Source: Malacoraja senta (lineage: Eukaryota). Taken from it: a stretch of 64,000 nt of DNA. The stretch spans positions 27,840,001 to 27,904,000 of the forward strand of contig CM075988.1 of assembly GCA_038087875.1 (NCBI GenBank), given 5' to 3'. How positions within the stretch are numbered: the first letter of the stretch is position 1; every line of letters starts with the position of its first letter. The notes under the pieces are model-generated. The model was not told the origin of the DNA and did not search any database. It saw only the letters and a list, made by a program, of their open reading frames with translations. The position numbers were made by a program, and so were the translations under genes. Positions 1 to 11,014 of the stretch are shown here, in pieces.

Positions 1-364
1 ATTGACTGTTGTGTTTTTACTGTTGCAAGATGTGAAGTTTGAATTACAAGTCTGGTTTAGTTTTTTGATGCTTGTTTCCAATGATGAATTCACACACTAA
101 ATGTGTACTGTTGGTGCAAAGCTAAAGTCCTTAAACTTAATGTATAAACCATGAGTGAAAGTTCAAGCTAAATTTTAGTTGAAATTTGGAGGTTAACACC
201 TGTACAAAAAGCAATGTTATGTGGAAAAATAGTAATTATTGTTCTGACTATGAATCTATTTACAACGTCTAGACCTTTATGCATAATGCACTGCATGCTA
301 CTAATGATTAGCTTCTTGATAGGTTAGAAATGTTGATTAATATAAAAATGGCATAAATGCATGT

Positions 365-440
365 ATACATTGGGTATGCAAGCAAATAATTTCACTGTGC
401 CTTGTCACATGTGACAATAAAGTATTCCATTCCATTTCAT
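365..440 (+). mobile_element. Short LINE 3' tail (Rex1/Babar-type)
   Basis: tttcactgtgccttgtcacatgtgacaataaa followed by (ttcca)n, the same 3' motif as the other Rex-type tails in the window. Confidence 0.5.
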
Positions 441-1244
441 TATATTGAAACCATTCCAAGACTGCTCTTTAAATAGATTAATACTCTACCTTATTATTTT
501 TTTTAAACTATCTGTAAAGTTTTCCTTGCTTTAAATTTTTTTTTAACACTGAACCTTTAACCACTTCCATCAAGACTCTGTGTTGCAATTAATTCACATG
601 TACTGCTGCATTGCATCAGTAACTTAAAATGTTGGAGTTTCATCAGCGTCTTAGCAGATTTTTTGGCACATACTAATGTATTTCTTTTGAAAAATTGAGT
701 AATGGGACTTGATAACTGAAATTCCTTTGTGTGCCTGCAACTGCATCCAAAAATGTTCTGTAGTCAGCTCGTAACTTTTTCCTTGACACATGTAAATTAT
801 TTTTCTAGTTAGAGTTTTAAATCCATCTCTAAGTGCACTCTCTATCAACTAGGGCCACTTCTTAATTTTCTGAGAAAAACATTCTTCTACTTTGATTATC
901 TGGTAACAAGGATGCTGCATCTTGTTGAAGTTGGGTAAGTGGTGCTTCATATTTAGTGTGGAACGTTAGACTCTGGGTCAGTGCTCTCACTGCAGATATG
1001 AATATTCCAGCTTCAAAAGCAGTGAGTGTGTTTCTAAGTTCAGAAGGTTGGTGTTTTTGACCCCATTGTATCTCACCTTTGAATTAAAGCAAAAATTACA
1101 CATTTGATAGATGCTCGTGTTATATTTTGGAAGCATGGAATCTTTGGGATAGAGATTAAATCACATTTAAATGCATGCCGTTCATTGGTATTATTATCCT
1201 GCCATAAAATTAAATTGACATTTATTTTGTTGGCAGATGTTTTT

Positions 1245-1950
1245 ACGTTTAGACTTATTATAGTTGACTGTACTGAGGTACAGTGAAAAGCTTTGTTTCT
1301 CATGCCATCCAATCAAATTAGATACTATACATACCTTATAATCAAGTCAAACTCAAGTACAGTAGGTAGAGTGAGGGGAAAGACACAGGGGGCAAAATAT
1401 AATTTTCTGCATTATAGTGCAATAGTTCCAGTGACAAAGTCCAATACCTGTAACGAGGTAGAGGAGAATTTACTAATTGGACTGTTCAGAAACCTGATAA
1501 CAGGGAAAGAAGCTGTTCATTAGTTTGATGGCGTGTGCCTTCAGGCTTCTGTATCTTTTGCTCAACAGGTGCAGGGAGAAGACGGGATGACCAGGTTGGG
1601 AAGGGTCTTTGATTATATTGGGTGCTTTCCCAAGCAGCGTGAAGTATAGATAGAGTCAGTGGTGGGAAGTCTGGTCTCTGTAAAGGGCTGGGCTGCATAT
1701 ATAACTCTCTGTATTTTTTGTGGTCTTGGGAAGAGCTGTTCCCAAATGCCTGCTGCAGTGCAACCCAATAGAAAGTTTTCTATGGTGTATCTGTAGAAGT
1801 TTGTCAGAGTCATTGGAAACATGCCAAACTTCCCCACTCTCTTCAGAAGGTAGAGGCATTGGTGTGCCTTGGCTGTTGCATTAATGTGGTTGGTCCACAA
1901 CAGAATGTTGGTATTATTTACGCCAAGCAACATGAAGCTCTCAATGCTGT
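1245..1950 (-). mobile_element. Rex1/Babar-like LINE 3' fragment, degenerate
   Basis: Minus ORF 1613-1963 contains KAHQCLYLLKRVGKFGM..LTNFYRYTIE, typical of the Rex1/Babar RT C-terminus; homologous to 22220-23400 and 39620-40290. Confidence 0.8.
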
Positions 1951-2702
1951 AATGTGAATACATTATGTCAGATTGGATAATTATGTCAGAATAATGTCAC
2001 TTTAGCCTCTTCAAGAAGTCCCTTTCGCATGGGAGAAATATAATGGCAAATTCACACTGTTCAGTCGAACTGTTTAGTTAAATGTTATCTTTTTTTTCAA
2101 ATTCTTTCTTTATTCTTGGGATATTAATAAGCAATGTTGTTGTTCACTCCTAGTTGTTCCTGTGAAGATGTTGGCATTCTGTTTGAATGCATGATGGTTG
2201 AAAGTAAGGCAGTTCTAGGATTTTAACTTGGTAATGCCAATATATTTTCATGTCAGAAATATAAATGGGAGAGGATCTTGGAGACAACAGTGTTATTGTG
2301 CATTTGCTTTAGGCTGATGAATAATTTGCTGTTTAAGGAGACTACTATGTCTTCAATGGTGTTAAACTTCCTGAGCTTTGTTGTCATTGTAAACTTCTAT
2401 GGAATTGAGAGCTGGATGCTGCTTGGCTTACTCAGGGTTATAGATAATGGATGGTACTGATAATTGATGCCTAGATACAAGTTCAGTTTGCATCTTTGAC
2501 AGTGCTTATTTCTAGAGAGAAATTCCAACCTGATAATGAGTTGTATCAGTTCCCTAAAAATAAATCTGTGGTCAAAGCTATAAAAGTAAGGAAAAACTAA
2601 TGAAGAAAAATGCGTTTCAGGCTATCAAAATTCATTTAAAAAGCATTCAACTTGGTTCCCGGCTCATTTCAATTATCCTTGGTAATCTTGTCTACGCAAC
2701 TC

Positions 2703-2936
2703 GGGGCGGTACAGTGGTGCAGCTGTAGAGTTGCTGCATTACAGTGCCAGAGACCCCGGTTCAATCCTGACTATGACTACTGAGTATACAGAGTTTGTAC
2801 TTTCTCCCTGTGACTACATAGGTTTTTTCCGGATGCTCCGGTTCCACTCCAAAGACGTACAGGTTTGCAGATTAATTGGCTTCTGTAAAATTGTAAATTT
2901 GTCCCTAGTGCCAGTGTATGGGTGTGATTGCTGGTC
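2703..2936 (+). mobile_element. tRNA-derived V-SINE (HE1-like), 5' part; continues at 7727-7740
   Basis: A-box-like (tggtgcagctgtag) and B-box-like (ggttcaatcc) motifs plus V-domain (gagtttgtac..ctccggtt..ccaaagac); homologous to 61822-62119. Confidence 0.85.
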
Positions 2937-3289
2937 ACAGGGCTGCCAATTCACGCATTTGGACAAATTTTCACGCTCTCACGATGATCACAAATTTCTC
3001 ACGCTCTGTCGTGAGAAATTCTGTGATCAACGAAAAATTTCAAAACTCATAAACTGCATGGGTGTTGGAGAGCCGGGGCTGAGGGAGGGATGGAAGCAGA
3101 AGTAGCGGAGGGGACAGATTCGGGAAGCCGGGGCTGGCGATTGTTTGCGGGCTGGCAAGTGTTTGTGGGGCTGGCGAGTCGCTCGCTGCAGTTCCGGCCA
3201 TGGAGCAGCCTCAGTGCCGTCGGAGGCGTCAGAAGCGTTGCGCCGCTGCCGTGACAGTCTCTGTGCTGAAGGGACAGAGACTCTCAAAG

Positions 3290-3859
3290 GGAGGGGCGGA
3301 GAGAGAGAGGGGAAGGAGACGGGGAGACAGGCGGGAGAGAGAGAGGGGGTGAGAGGAGAGTGAGGGGGAGAAAGAGAGAGGGGGAGGAGAGAGAGAGAGG
3401 TGAGAGAGAGAGAGGGGGAGGGAGAGAGAGGGGAGAGTGTATGGAGAGAGAGCGAGAGGGGGGGAGAGAGAGGGGGAGAAAGAGGGAGGGAGAAAGATAG
3501 GCAGGCGAGAGAGAGAGAGAGGGAGAGAGAGAGCTAGGGGGAAAAGGGGGAGTGAGAGTTAGGGGAAAGAGAGAGAGAGGAGAGACGGGGAGAGGGGATG
3601 GAGGAGAGGGGGAAGAGTGAGGTGGGAGAGAGGGGGAGAGAGGGGAGGAGAGGAGAGAGAGGGGGAGAGAGGAGAGAGAGGGGGGAGAGAGAAGAGAGAG
3701 GGAAGGGGAGAGAGGGAGCGAGGGAGAGTGAGGGGGAGGGGAGAGAGAGGGGGGAGAGTGGTGGGAGAGAGAGGGGAGGGAGAGAGAGAGAGAAGGGAGA
3801 GATAGAGAGGGGGAGAGGGAGAGGGGAACAGAGAGAGGAGAGAGAGGGGGTTAGAGAGG
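3290..3859. repeat. Purine-rich (GA/GGA) low-complexity tract
   Basis: About 570 bp almost entirely G/A; gives rise to the spurious E/R/G-rich ORFs. Confidence 0.95.
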
Positions 3860-4344
3860 CAGGGCTGCTAACTCATGCATTGAGCGTGAGAATAATGCAT
3901 TTCTCACGGTGATAACAAATCACGCCCAAATTCTCACGCTAATAACAGATTTCTCACGCTCTGTCGTGAGAAATTCTGTGATCAACTAAAATGTCAAAAC
4001 TCATCAACTGCATCGGCCACGGGTGTTGGAAGCAGAAGCAGCGACGGGGACAGATGCGGACGGGGAGCGGGGCTGGTTAGTGTTTGCCGGGCTGGCGAGT
4101 CGCTCACTGCAGCTCCGGCCATGGAGTAGCCTCAGCCCCGGGCCGTCGGAGGTGTCGGAAGCATTGCGTCGCTGCCATGAGAGGCATGGCATGGATCAGG
4201 CTGCGGCTCGATGCATCCTGGAGGACAACCAGTGGCTGCTGGAAGTAAGTACCAAGCACTGGGCAGAAACGGTGGAAGATAGTGGACTTCAAATGGGAGT
4301 GGTTGGAGAAAGCATCCTGCTCACCTACTAGATTTTCACTTGCT

Positions 4345-4692
4345 GTAATTGCAGGAAAAATGTTCCCGATGTTGGAGTTCAGAACCAGGGGTCACAGTTT
4401 AAGAATAAATGGTAGGCCAGTTAGGGCTGAGATGAGGACAAACTTTCTTTACGCAGAGAGTTGTGAATCTGTGGAATTCTCTGCCACAGAAGGCAGTGCA
4501 GGCCAATTCATTGGATGTTTTCAAGAGAGAGTTACATTTAGTTCTTGGGGCTAACGAAATCAAGCGATATGGGCAAAAAACCATGAAAGAGGTACTGATT
4601 TTAAATGAACAGCCATGATCAAATTGAATGGTAGTGCTGGCTTAAAGGGCCTAACGGCCTATTCCTGCACCTATTTTCTATGTTTCTATGCT
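4345..4692 (+). mobile_element. CR1/HER1-like LINE 3' end
   Basis: Encodes RTRGHSLRINGRP; ends in a (tttctatg)n tail; reverse complement of the 9317-9735 family. Confidence 0.85.
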
Positions 4693-4699
4693 TGAGTAT

Positions 4700-5358
4700 A
4701 TGGCAATAAAACTCGATCACTTGATTACGAAGCATTCATGCATGATGGAGGTATGGAACCTAATACTGAAATGATTATATTTGGAGTAATGGGAGACGGG
4801 AACAAATTAAATATACCCCAAAATTCATTTTTTAATTATGGTTTAATAACAGCAAAAAAACTTATACTTAAATTTTGGAAAAATACTACTATACCAACAT
4901 TAAAAATGTGGACCAGTAATATGTTGGACACAGCCCACCTGGAAGAAATGAGACTCCTCCTAATAGACAAACAAGAGCAATTCTTAACGAGTTGGTCTCC
5001 ATTTATTGATCTTTTGGATTCATGTGGTGCAACAGTATCGTAAAAATTAAAGGTTTCAGGTATGGGTGAAAGATGATCAAGAATATAAAAAAGCATCTCC
5101 TTGTGGCGAGTGGATAATCTCCCTCCTGCTTCACTTTCCTACTTATTTATTTTCTTTACTAGCTCTTTTTCTCTCCTTTTCCCCCCCACACACACTAGAC
5201 TTTCCTCTATTCTTTACTATCACTTTCTTTCTTATCTCTCTCTCTTACAAAAACAAAAAAAAGGAAGTTGTACAGAGAATGTATTATGTTAACATAATTT
5301 TGGGAACCTGTAAAAAGGTACCACTGTATTGTACTTCTAATAAAAAAAATAAAAAAAA
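4700..5358 (+). mobile_element. L1/Tx1-like LINE 3' fragment with poly(A)
   Basis: ORF2 C-terminus-like GLITAKKLILKFWK..PTLKMW..WSPF*, pyrimidine-rich 3'UTR, aataaa and A-rich tail. Confidence 0.75.
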
Positions 5359-5361
5359 TGT

Positions 5362-5580
5362 AGTCATAGAGTGATACAGTGAAAACGGGCCCTTCGGCGC
5401 AACTTGCCCACACCTGCCAACATGTCTACCTGCTTTTGGTCCATACCTCCAAACCTGGCCTATCCATGTATCACTCTAACTGTTGCTTAAATGTTGGGAT
5501 GGTCCCTGCCTCAACTACCTCCTCTGGCAGATTGTTCCATACACCCACAACCCTTTGTGTGGAAAAAGTTACCCCTTAAA
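5362..5580 (-). mobile_element. CR1-like LINE 3' end
   Basis: Homologous to 11015-11250 and 22735-23092. Confidence 0.8.
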
Positions 5581-7059
5581 AAGTTACCACCTAAAAATAC
5601 TTCATGCAAAAAACATTGAAATCATACTTCTACAATGCACTAAAACATGATTTTAATACCTCAAATTTCAAAAAGTCCCAACCCTGGGAGAGGGGACACC
5701 CCCCTTCCACGCCCTCTCCCCACTCAGTTGCTCCACTCCGTCACCGGGTAACCCCAAGGCCAGTGATCAGTGATCGCTCAGCCTCCCCACTTTCAAAAAC
5801 AGACGGAGAACACTGTCAGATGTGAGCGGGGAACTGAGGCCAGTTGTCCGTGATGTCTGGATTCCAATGCTCAGCGCTTCATGTTTCGGAGTTGGCTAAT
5901 GTTATTGATTTGTAATTAGCCTGATTTGTAATTAGTTGACAAAACCTTAATTTATTAATCCGGAATATCCAGGGGGATGGGATAAGTGTAATATTAAAAT
6001 GACATGCAAGGTGCCAGGCTGCCTGTCACAACATACATCCCCGATAACCCATTATTTCCTTCAGTTAAATATTGGGAAGGTAGCACTATTGTCATTTGCC
6101 GCTCAACTATTATGTTTGTTTACCTCACTGACTATTTCAAACCCCCCCCCCCCCCCAATTCCTTTGACAGGTTGAATAGAAATGTTCCCAATCTCGTTAT
6201 TTTATTAATGGAACACGTAGATGAACATCCTCAAGGAGTGTAATCAGATGGAAACTGATTCAGATGCAATGTTTAAGAGCTTGTTCAAAGAAGGGGCATA
6301 TTTTAAAGGAGTGACAGAGATACTTGCAGGGAAATGTGTGAGGAGGTTATTATTTGTCTTTAGTTTTAGCTTGAACCAGAACATCTGAATATTCAAAGTT
6401 TAATATAGTAATTGTGCTGATACTGACCCCAACAAACCACGTAATGAATATCATCCATTCCGGAGGCTTTACTTTTATGATGCCATTTAAACTTCACTTG
6501 GATTTCAATCACTTCAATGTAAAAGTAATTGGGAATAGGGAGCATTGGAACAAAAATTTGCCCTCTGTACATATTAACTGTAATATAATAATGTATTCAT
6601 CTTGGTAGGTGCAATCAAAACAAAGATCTTTTGTCATTGTTGTGTTATGAATGCCAGAGAAAATATTATGTACTCTCAAGATCACATTTAATAGACTAAA
6701 ATTGCTTAAATATATAGTTATTGAACTTTGTATTTCGGAAAAGTCCCAGCTGAGAGAAAGACAGCAAAATACAGAAAATATTGGGGGTGAAAATAACTTC
6801 AGGGCAGTTTGTTAGGAAAATGAAAGAAATGGTAACAGAATACTTATACAGCTGAGTGAGTATAATTTTATGGATGAGAAATTGTATTCAACCAATTGAT
6901 GACTTTTTTGGCAAAGTAACTAGCATGTTAGATAACAAGGAAGCCAATGGATGTAGCAAATTTTGTTATACATAATTTGGTCTGTGAAGTGCCCCATAAA
7001 AGATTACTGCATTAGATAAGCACCTGTGGACTTGAACGTAATAGGTTAAGTCCAGGGGG

Positions 7060-7360
7060 TCAGATATGGGGCTTTATGTGTGGGCCAGATATATTGTCAG
7101 TGCAGAGGGGTTAGGAGCAAGGCCAAGTGTGCATCCAGAATCATGGTCTGGAATAGTACTAGGTGTGCAGTCAAAGCTGGGACCAGGGGAGTGTTCAGCA
7201 CTGGGAACCTAAGCAAGTAAGCAGCTATGATCAGGGTAGAATAGGGGGCAAGGTGTAAGGCTGGACTCAGGGTCAGGAAAGAGAGAAAATATGCAACTGG
7301 AGTCAGGGTCAGGAGTAGTACCAGGTGTGCAGTGAGACCCAGGTTGGTCAACATGGGCCA
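7060..7360. repeat. Degenerate minisatellite (period roughly 33 bp)
   Basis: Recurrent ggtc(t/a)gga(a/g)tagtac(t/c)aggtgtgcagt units. Confidence 0.45.
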
Positions 7361-9070
7361 AGTGTTTGATTATAATCTAATTTCCATACATGAATATACT
7401 AAGATCATTCATGTGCTGCACGTGTTGATCAGAGCCTGGGCTCTACAGTGGAATGTAATTAGGAATGTAATTTAGCCTAACCTTATTCATAGCTAATCCA
7501 ATTTAAAGCATATATATTGCATTCAAGTGTAAGTTAAAAGACTCGCTACAGTATGCACCATATTGCACAATTTCAAGCTGAAAAATGCAAAAGCTCCGTA
7601 CCAATGGGAGGGGGGACAACCTCCACCCGCACCCTACCCCCCCCCCCCCCCAGTCGCTACGCTCCCTCAGGCTTGGTCTCTCACAATTTCCCACTCCCAA
7701 CTCTCACCCAATGTTGGCAGCCCTGTGGTCGGCACGGACTTAGAAGAGTGTTTCTATAATGTAACTAAAGTCTTGGATATAAATTTCACATCTGCATATT
7801 CTGATGTTGTGAAAGGCTGTGCACTGTTTGCACTGTTATCTTTGCACTGCGCATCGCTACACTAGATATGTACATCTGCTTCCTAAAGCACGAGAATGAC
7901 CTGCATCCGCCAACTTGTGCAACAGGTACTTCCCACGTAACAGTAAAGATTGCAGATGCTAAGAACACTAAGATTCTGAGCAAGGGTTAATGCCCTAAAA
8001 TGTTAACTGAGTTTCTTCCTCGGCAGATACCTTCTGATCTGTTGAGTATTTATGGTATTTTTTTTAAATTTTGTACTTCCAAAGCTTGTGAAAAAAAGCC
8101 TGCGAATGCTATTTTCACACAGGATAACGCATTCACTAATTTTGTTTGCGCATAAAGAACTTACGGAACACAAATTCAGTAATTGTTTTACTTGGGGTGA
8201 TGACTGTTGTGTGGATCATTAGGAGAAAACTTTATTTGCTGAATCTGTATATCGACACTGGGGTCATAAGAAATGCATAATATATAATAGCGATGCAAAA
8301 TATGCTTGAATATGGAGCAAAGAAACAAACTACTGGAGGAATGCAGCGGGGCAAGCAGCATTTGTGGAGGCAAAGGGAGCCTTGATGTAGGGTAAACTCA
8401 ACCCAGGGTCAACTTGGTTTTCTCGTTATGATCCACGCAATAGCCCAAGTAAAACTATTATTGAATTAATGGTCCATAGGTTCTTTCCCTCCCAGATGCT
8501 GGTTGACTTGTTGAGTTCTTTCAGCAATCTGTTTTTGTTACAATAGAAAATATGTTGGACCAATGATGATCATGAAAAGAAAATTTTAATTTTCAAGTCA
8601 AGGAGGACATTTTGGTAGCCCTTACGTAGAAGGTGGATCAGTACCGCATTGTTGTGGGAACAAAGAAGTTATAAGATCTAATACGAAGTGAGGATGAACT
8701 TGCTTGTGCAGTCAATTCCTGGCATCTGTACCTTTGTTGTCTAGATTAAATTTTTTGTCAAAAATGCCCTGGCAGGCAAATTGCTGCAGTGCATTTACAG
8801 ATGATATACATGGCTGCCACAGTATGCCAGTATTGTAGGGAGTGAATGATTGGTATGCAGTTTGGATATCAATCTAGTCACCACCTCCCATGATTTGTTT
8901 CATTGTCTACCGCCACAAAGTGGGAGTTCTGTTGTTTAATTTGGTTGTTGGTAATATTAAATATCAAGATGAGGTTGTCAGCATCATTATTTCACATGGC
9001 CGTCACCTTGCTTGAGGTCATTGCCATATATCACCCCAAACCAAAAAACGTTTCTGAGGCGTCCCACATA

Positions 9071-10256
9071 CAGTGCCCTCCATAATGTTTGGGACAAAGA
9101 CCCATCATTTATTTATTTGCCTCTGTACTCCACAATTTGAGATTTGTAATAGAAAAAAACCCACATGTGGGTAAAGTGCACATTGTCAGATTTTAATAAA
9201 GGCCATTTTTATACATTTTGGTTTCACCATGTGGAAATTACAGCAGTGTTTATACATAGTCCCCCCATTTCAGGGCACCATAATGTTTGGGACACAGCAA
9301 TGTCTTGTAAATTAAACATAGAAACATCGAAAATAGGTGCAGGAGGCAATTCGGTCCTTCGAGCCAGCAATTCGGCCTTTCAATTCATCGTGATCATGGC
9401 TGATCGTCCCCAATCAATAACCCGTGCCTGCCTTCTCCCCATATCCCTTGATTCCACTAGTCCCTAGAGCTCTATCTAACTCTCTCTTAAATCCATCCAG
9501 TGATTTGGCCTCTACTACCCTTTGTGGCAGGGAATTCCACAAATTCACAACTCTCTGGGTGAAAACGTTTTTTCTCACCTCAGTCTTAAATGGCCTCCCC
9601 TTTATTATAAGACTGTGGCCCCTGGTTCTGGACTCGCCCAACATTGGGGACATTTTTCCTGCACCTAGCTTGTCCAGTCCTTTTATAATTTTATATGTTT
9701 CTATAAGACCCCCCTCATCCTTCTAAACTCCAGTGAAATTAAAGTAGTCATGTTTAGTATTTTGTTGCATATCTTTTGCATGCAATGACTGCTTGAAGTT
9801 TGCGATTCATGGACATCACCAGTTGCTGTGTGTCATCTCTGGTGATGCTCTGCCAGGCCTGTATTGCACCCATCTTTAGCTTATGCTTGTTTTGGGGCTA
9901 GTCCCTTTCAGTTTTCTCTTCAGCATATAAAAGGCATGCTCAATTGGGTTCAGATTGGGTGATTGACTTGGCCACTCAAGAATTGACCACTTTTTAGCTT
10001 TGAAAAACTCCTTTGTTGCTTTAGCAGTATGTTTGGGATCATTGTCTTGCTGTAGAATGAACTGCTGGCATTTGTTTGAACTTGAGCAGATAGGATGTGT
10101 CCATACACTTCAGAATTCAAAATATCTTTTTATAAAATCTGACAATGTGCACTTTAACCACAAGTGATTTTTTTCCATTACAAATCTCAACTTGTGGAGT
10201 ACGGAGGCAAATAAATAAATGATGGGTCTTTGTCTCAAATATTATGGAGGGCACTA
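9071..10256 (-). mobile_element. Tc1 family A copy, internally deleted, interrupted by CR1
   Basis: TA|CAGTGCCCTCCATAATGTTTGGGAC terminus, reciprocal end at 10256 followed by TA; transposase C-terminal sequence antisense at 9755-10118; deletion junction near 10118. Confidence 0.9.
9317..9735 (-). mobile_element. CR1/HER1-like LINE 3' end nested in Tc1
   Basis: Minus ORF ESRTRGHSLIIKGRPFKTEVRKNVFTQRVVNLWNSLP; TSD aaattaaa at 9309-9316 and 9736-9743. Confidence 0.9.
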
Positions 10257-11014
10257 TATAGGTACGAACAACTTTATTAGCTGCATGATAGTATTGTCCA
10301 CAACACTTTCCATCACTTTGCACATATTTGATAAGAAAATTATGAAGCATGCACAGCAATGACTCATTAGGTCTGCTCTGACAATGCTTCCCTAACCTAT
10401 AAGGTTGATCATCCTGAAGACAAGGGCAAGAGAGAACTGGAAACTGTGCTACCTTGAAGTTTCCTTCCAAATCGCTGACCATTTTTTAACACACTGATCC
10501 TCCCCAGTTTATAAATGCCTGGTTTATATGCAGCCATGAATAACTGTTTGGGGGACTGATGGGATGGATTTACAGGCTGCTCCGAGGCTGCCAACATCTT
10601 CTACCCTGTGGGAACTCATTGTACAGAAATGTGGGTGTACCTTTGCTACGTGGATTGCAGTTTCCAAAGAAGGTCGTCACCGCCAATTTGTTAAAAACAG
10701 TTAAACTAAATGAAGGCTTTGCAAAACCACTCTCAACCCAAAAGAAAATTTGGAAGGAAGGTTGTTACTAAACTTATTGAGTATCACTAAAATGCACAGA
10801 ATACTGTAAATTATTGCAATAATTACATTTGAAATGTACTGTTGAGCAATGAAATATTGATCACTGAAATAAATATTGTATTGTTGCACAACCAGACTCT
10901 TGTCCAATCGTGAATACAACGTTCAAAAAATTAGTCATGATTGGATATTAGTAGAGAATAAAAAAAGTGTTAATATGGCAGATTTGATATACTTCAAAGA
11001 AATTATGAAATCCT

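Larger units (their letters stand above)
2938..7725. mobile_element. Non-autonomous TIR DNA element (CAGGG termini, hAT-like) with nested insertions and cargo
   Basis: CAGGGCTGCCAA at 2938 and TTGGCAGCCCTG ending 7725; flanks tggtca and tggtcg; the interrupted SINE resumes at 7727; second left-end copy at 3860. Confidence 0.65.

Noticed and set aside
2703..2775. tRNA-like sequence (also at 62050-62119)
   Set aside because: SINE head continuing into a V-domain; no complete cloverleaf or terminator
3598..3912. E/R/G-rich ORFs
   Set aside because: Translation of the GA low-complexity tract
7060..7360. Spaced repeats as a CRISPR-like array
   Set aside because: Degenerate minisatellite in vertebrate DNA; no constant repeat/unique spacer pattern and no cas genes
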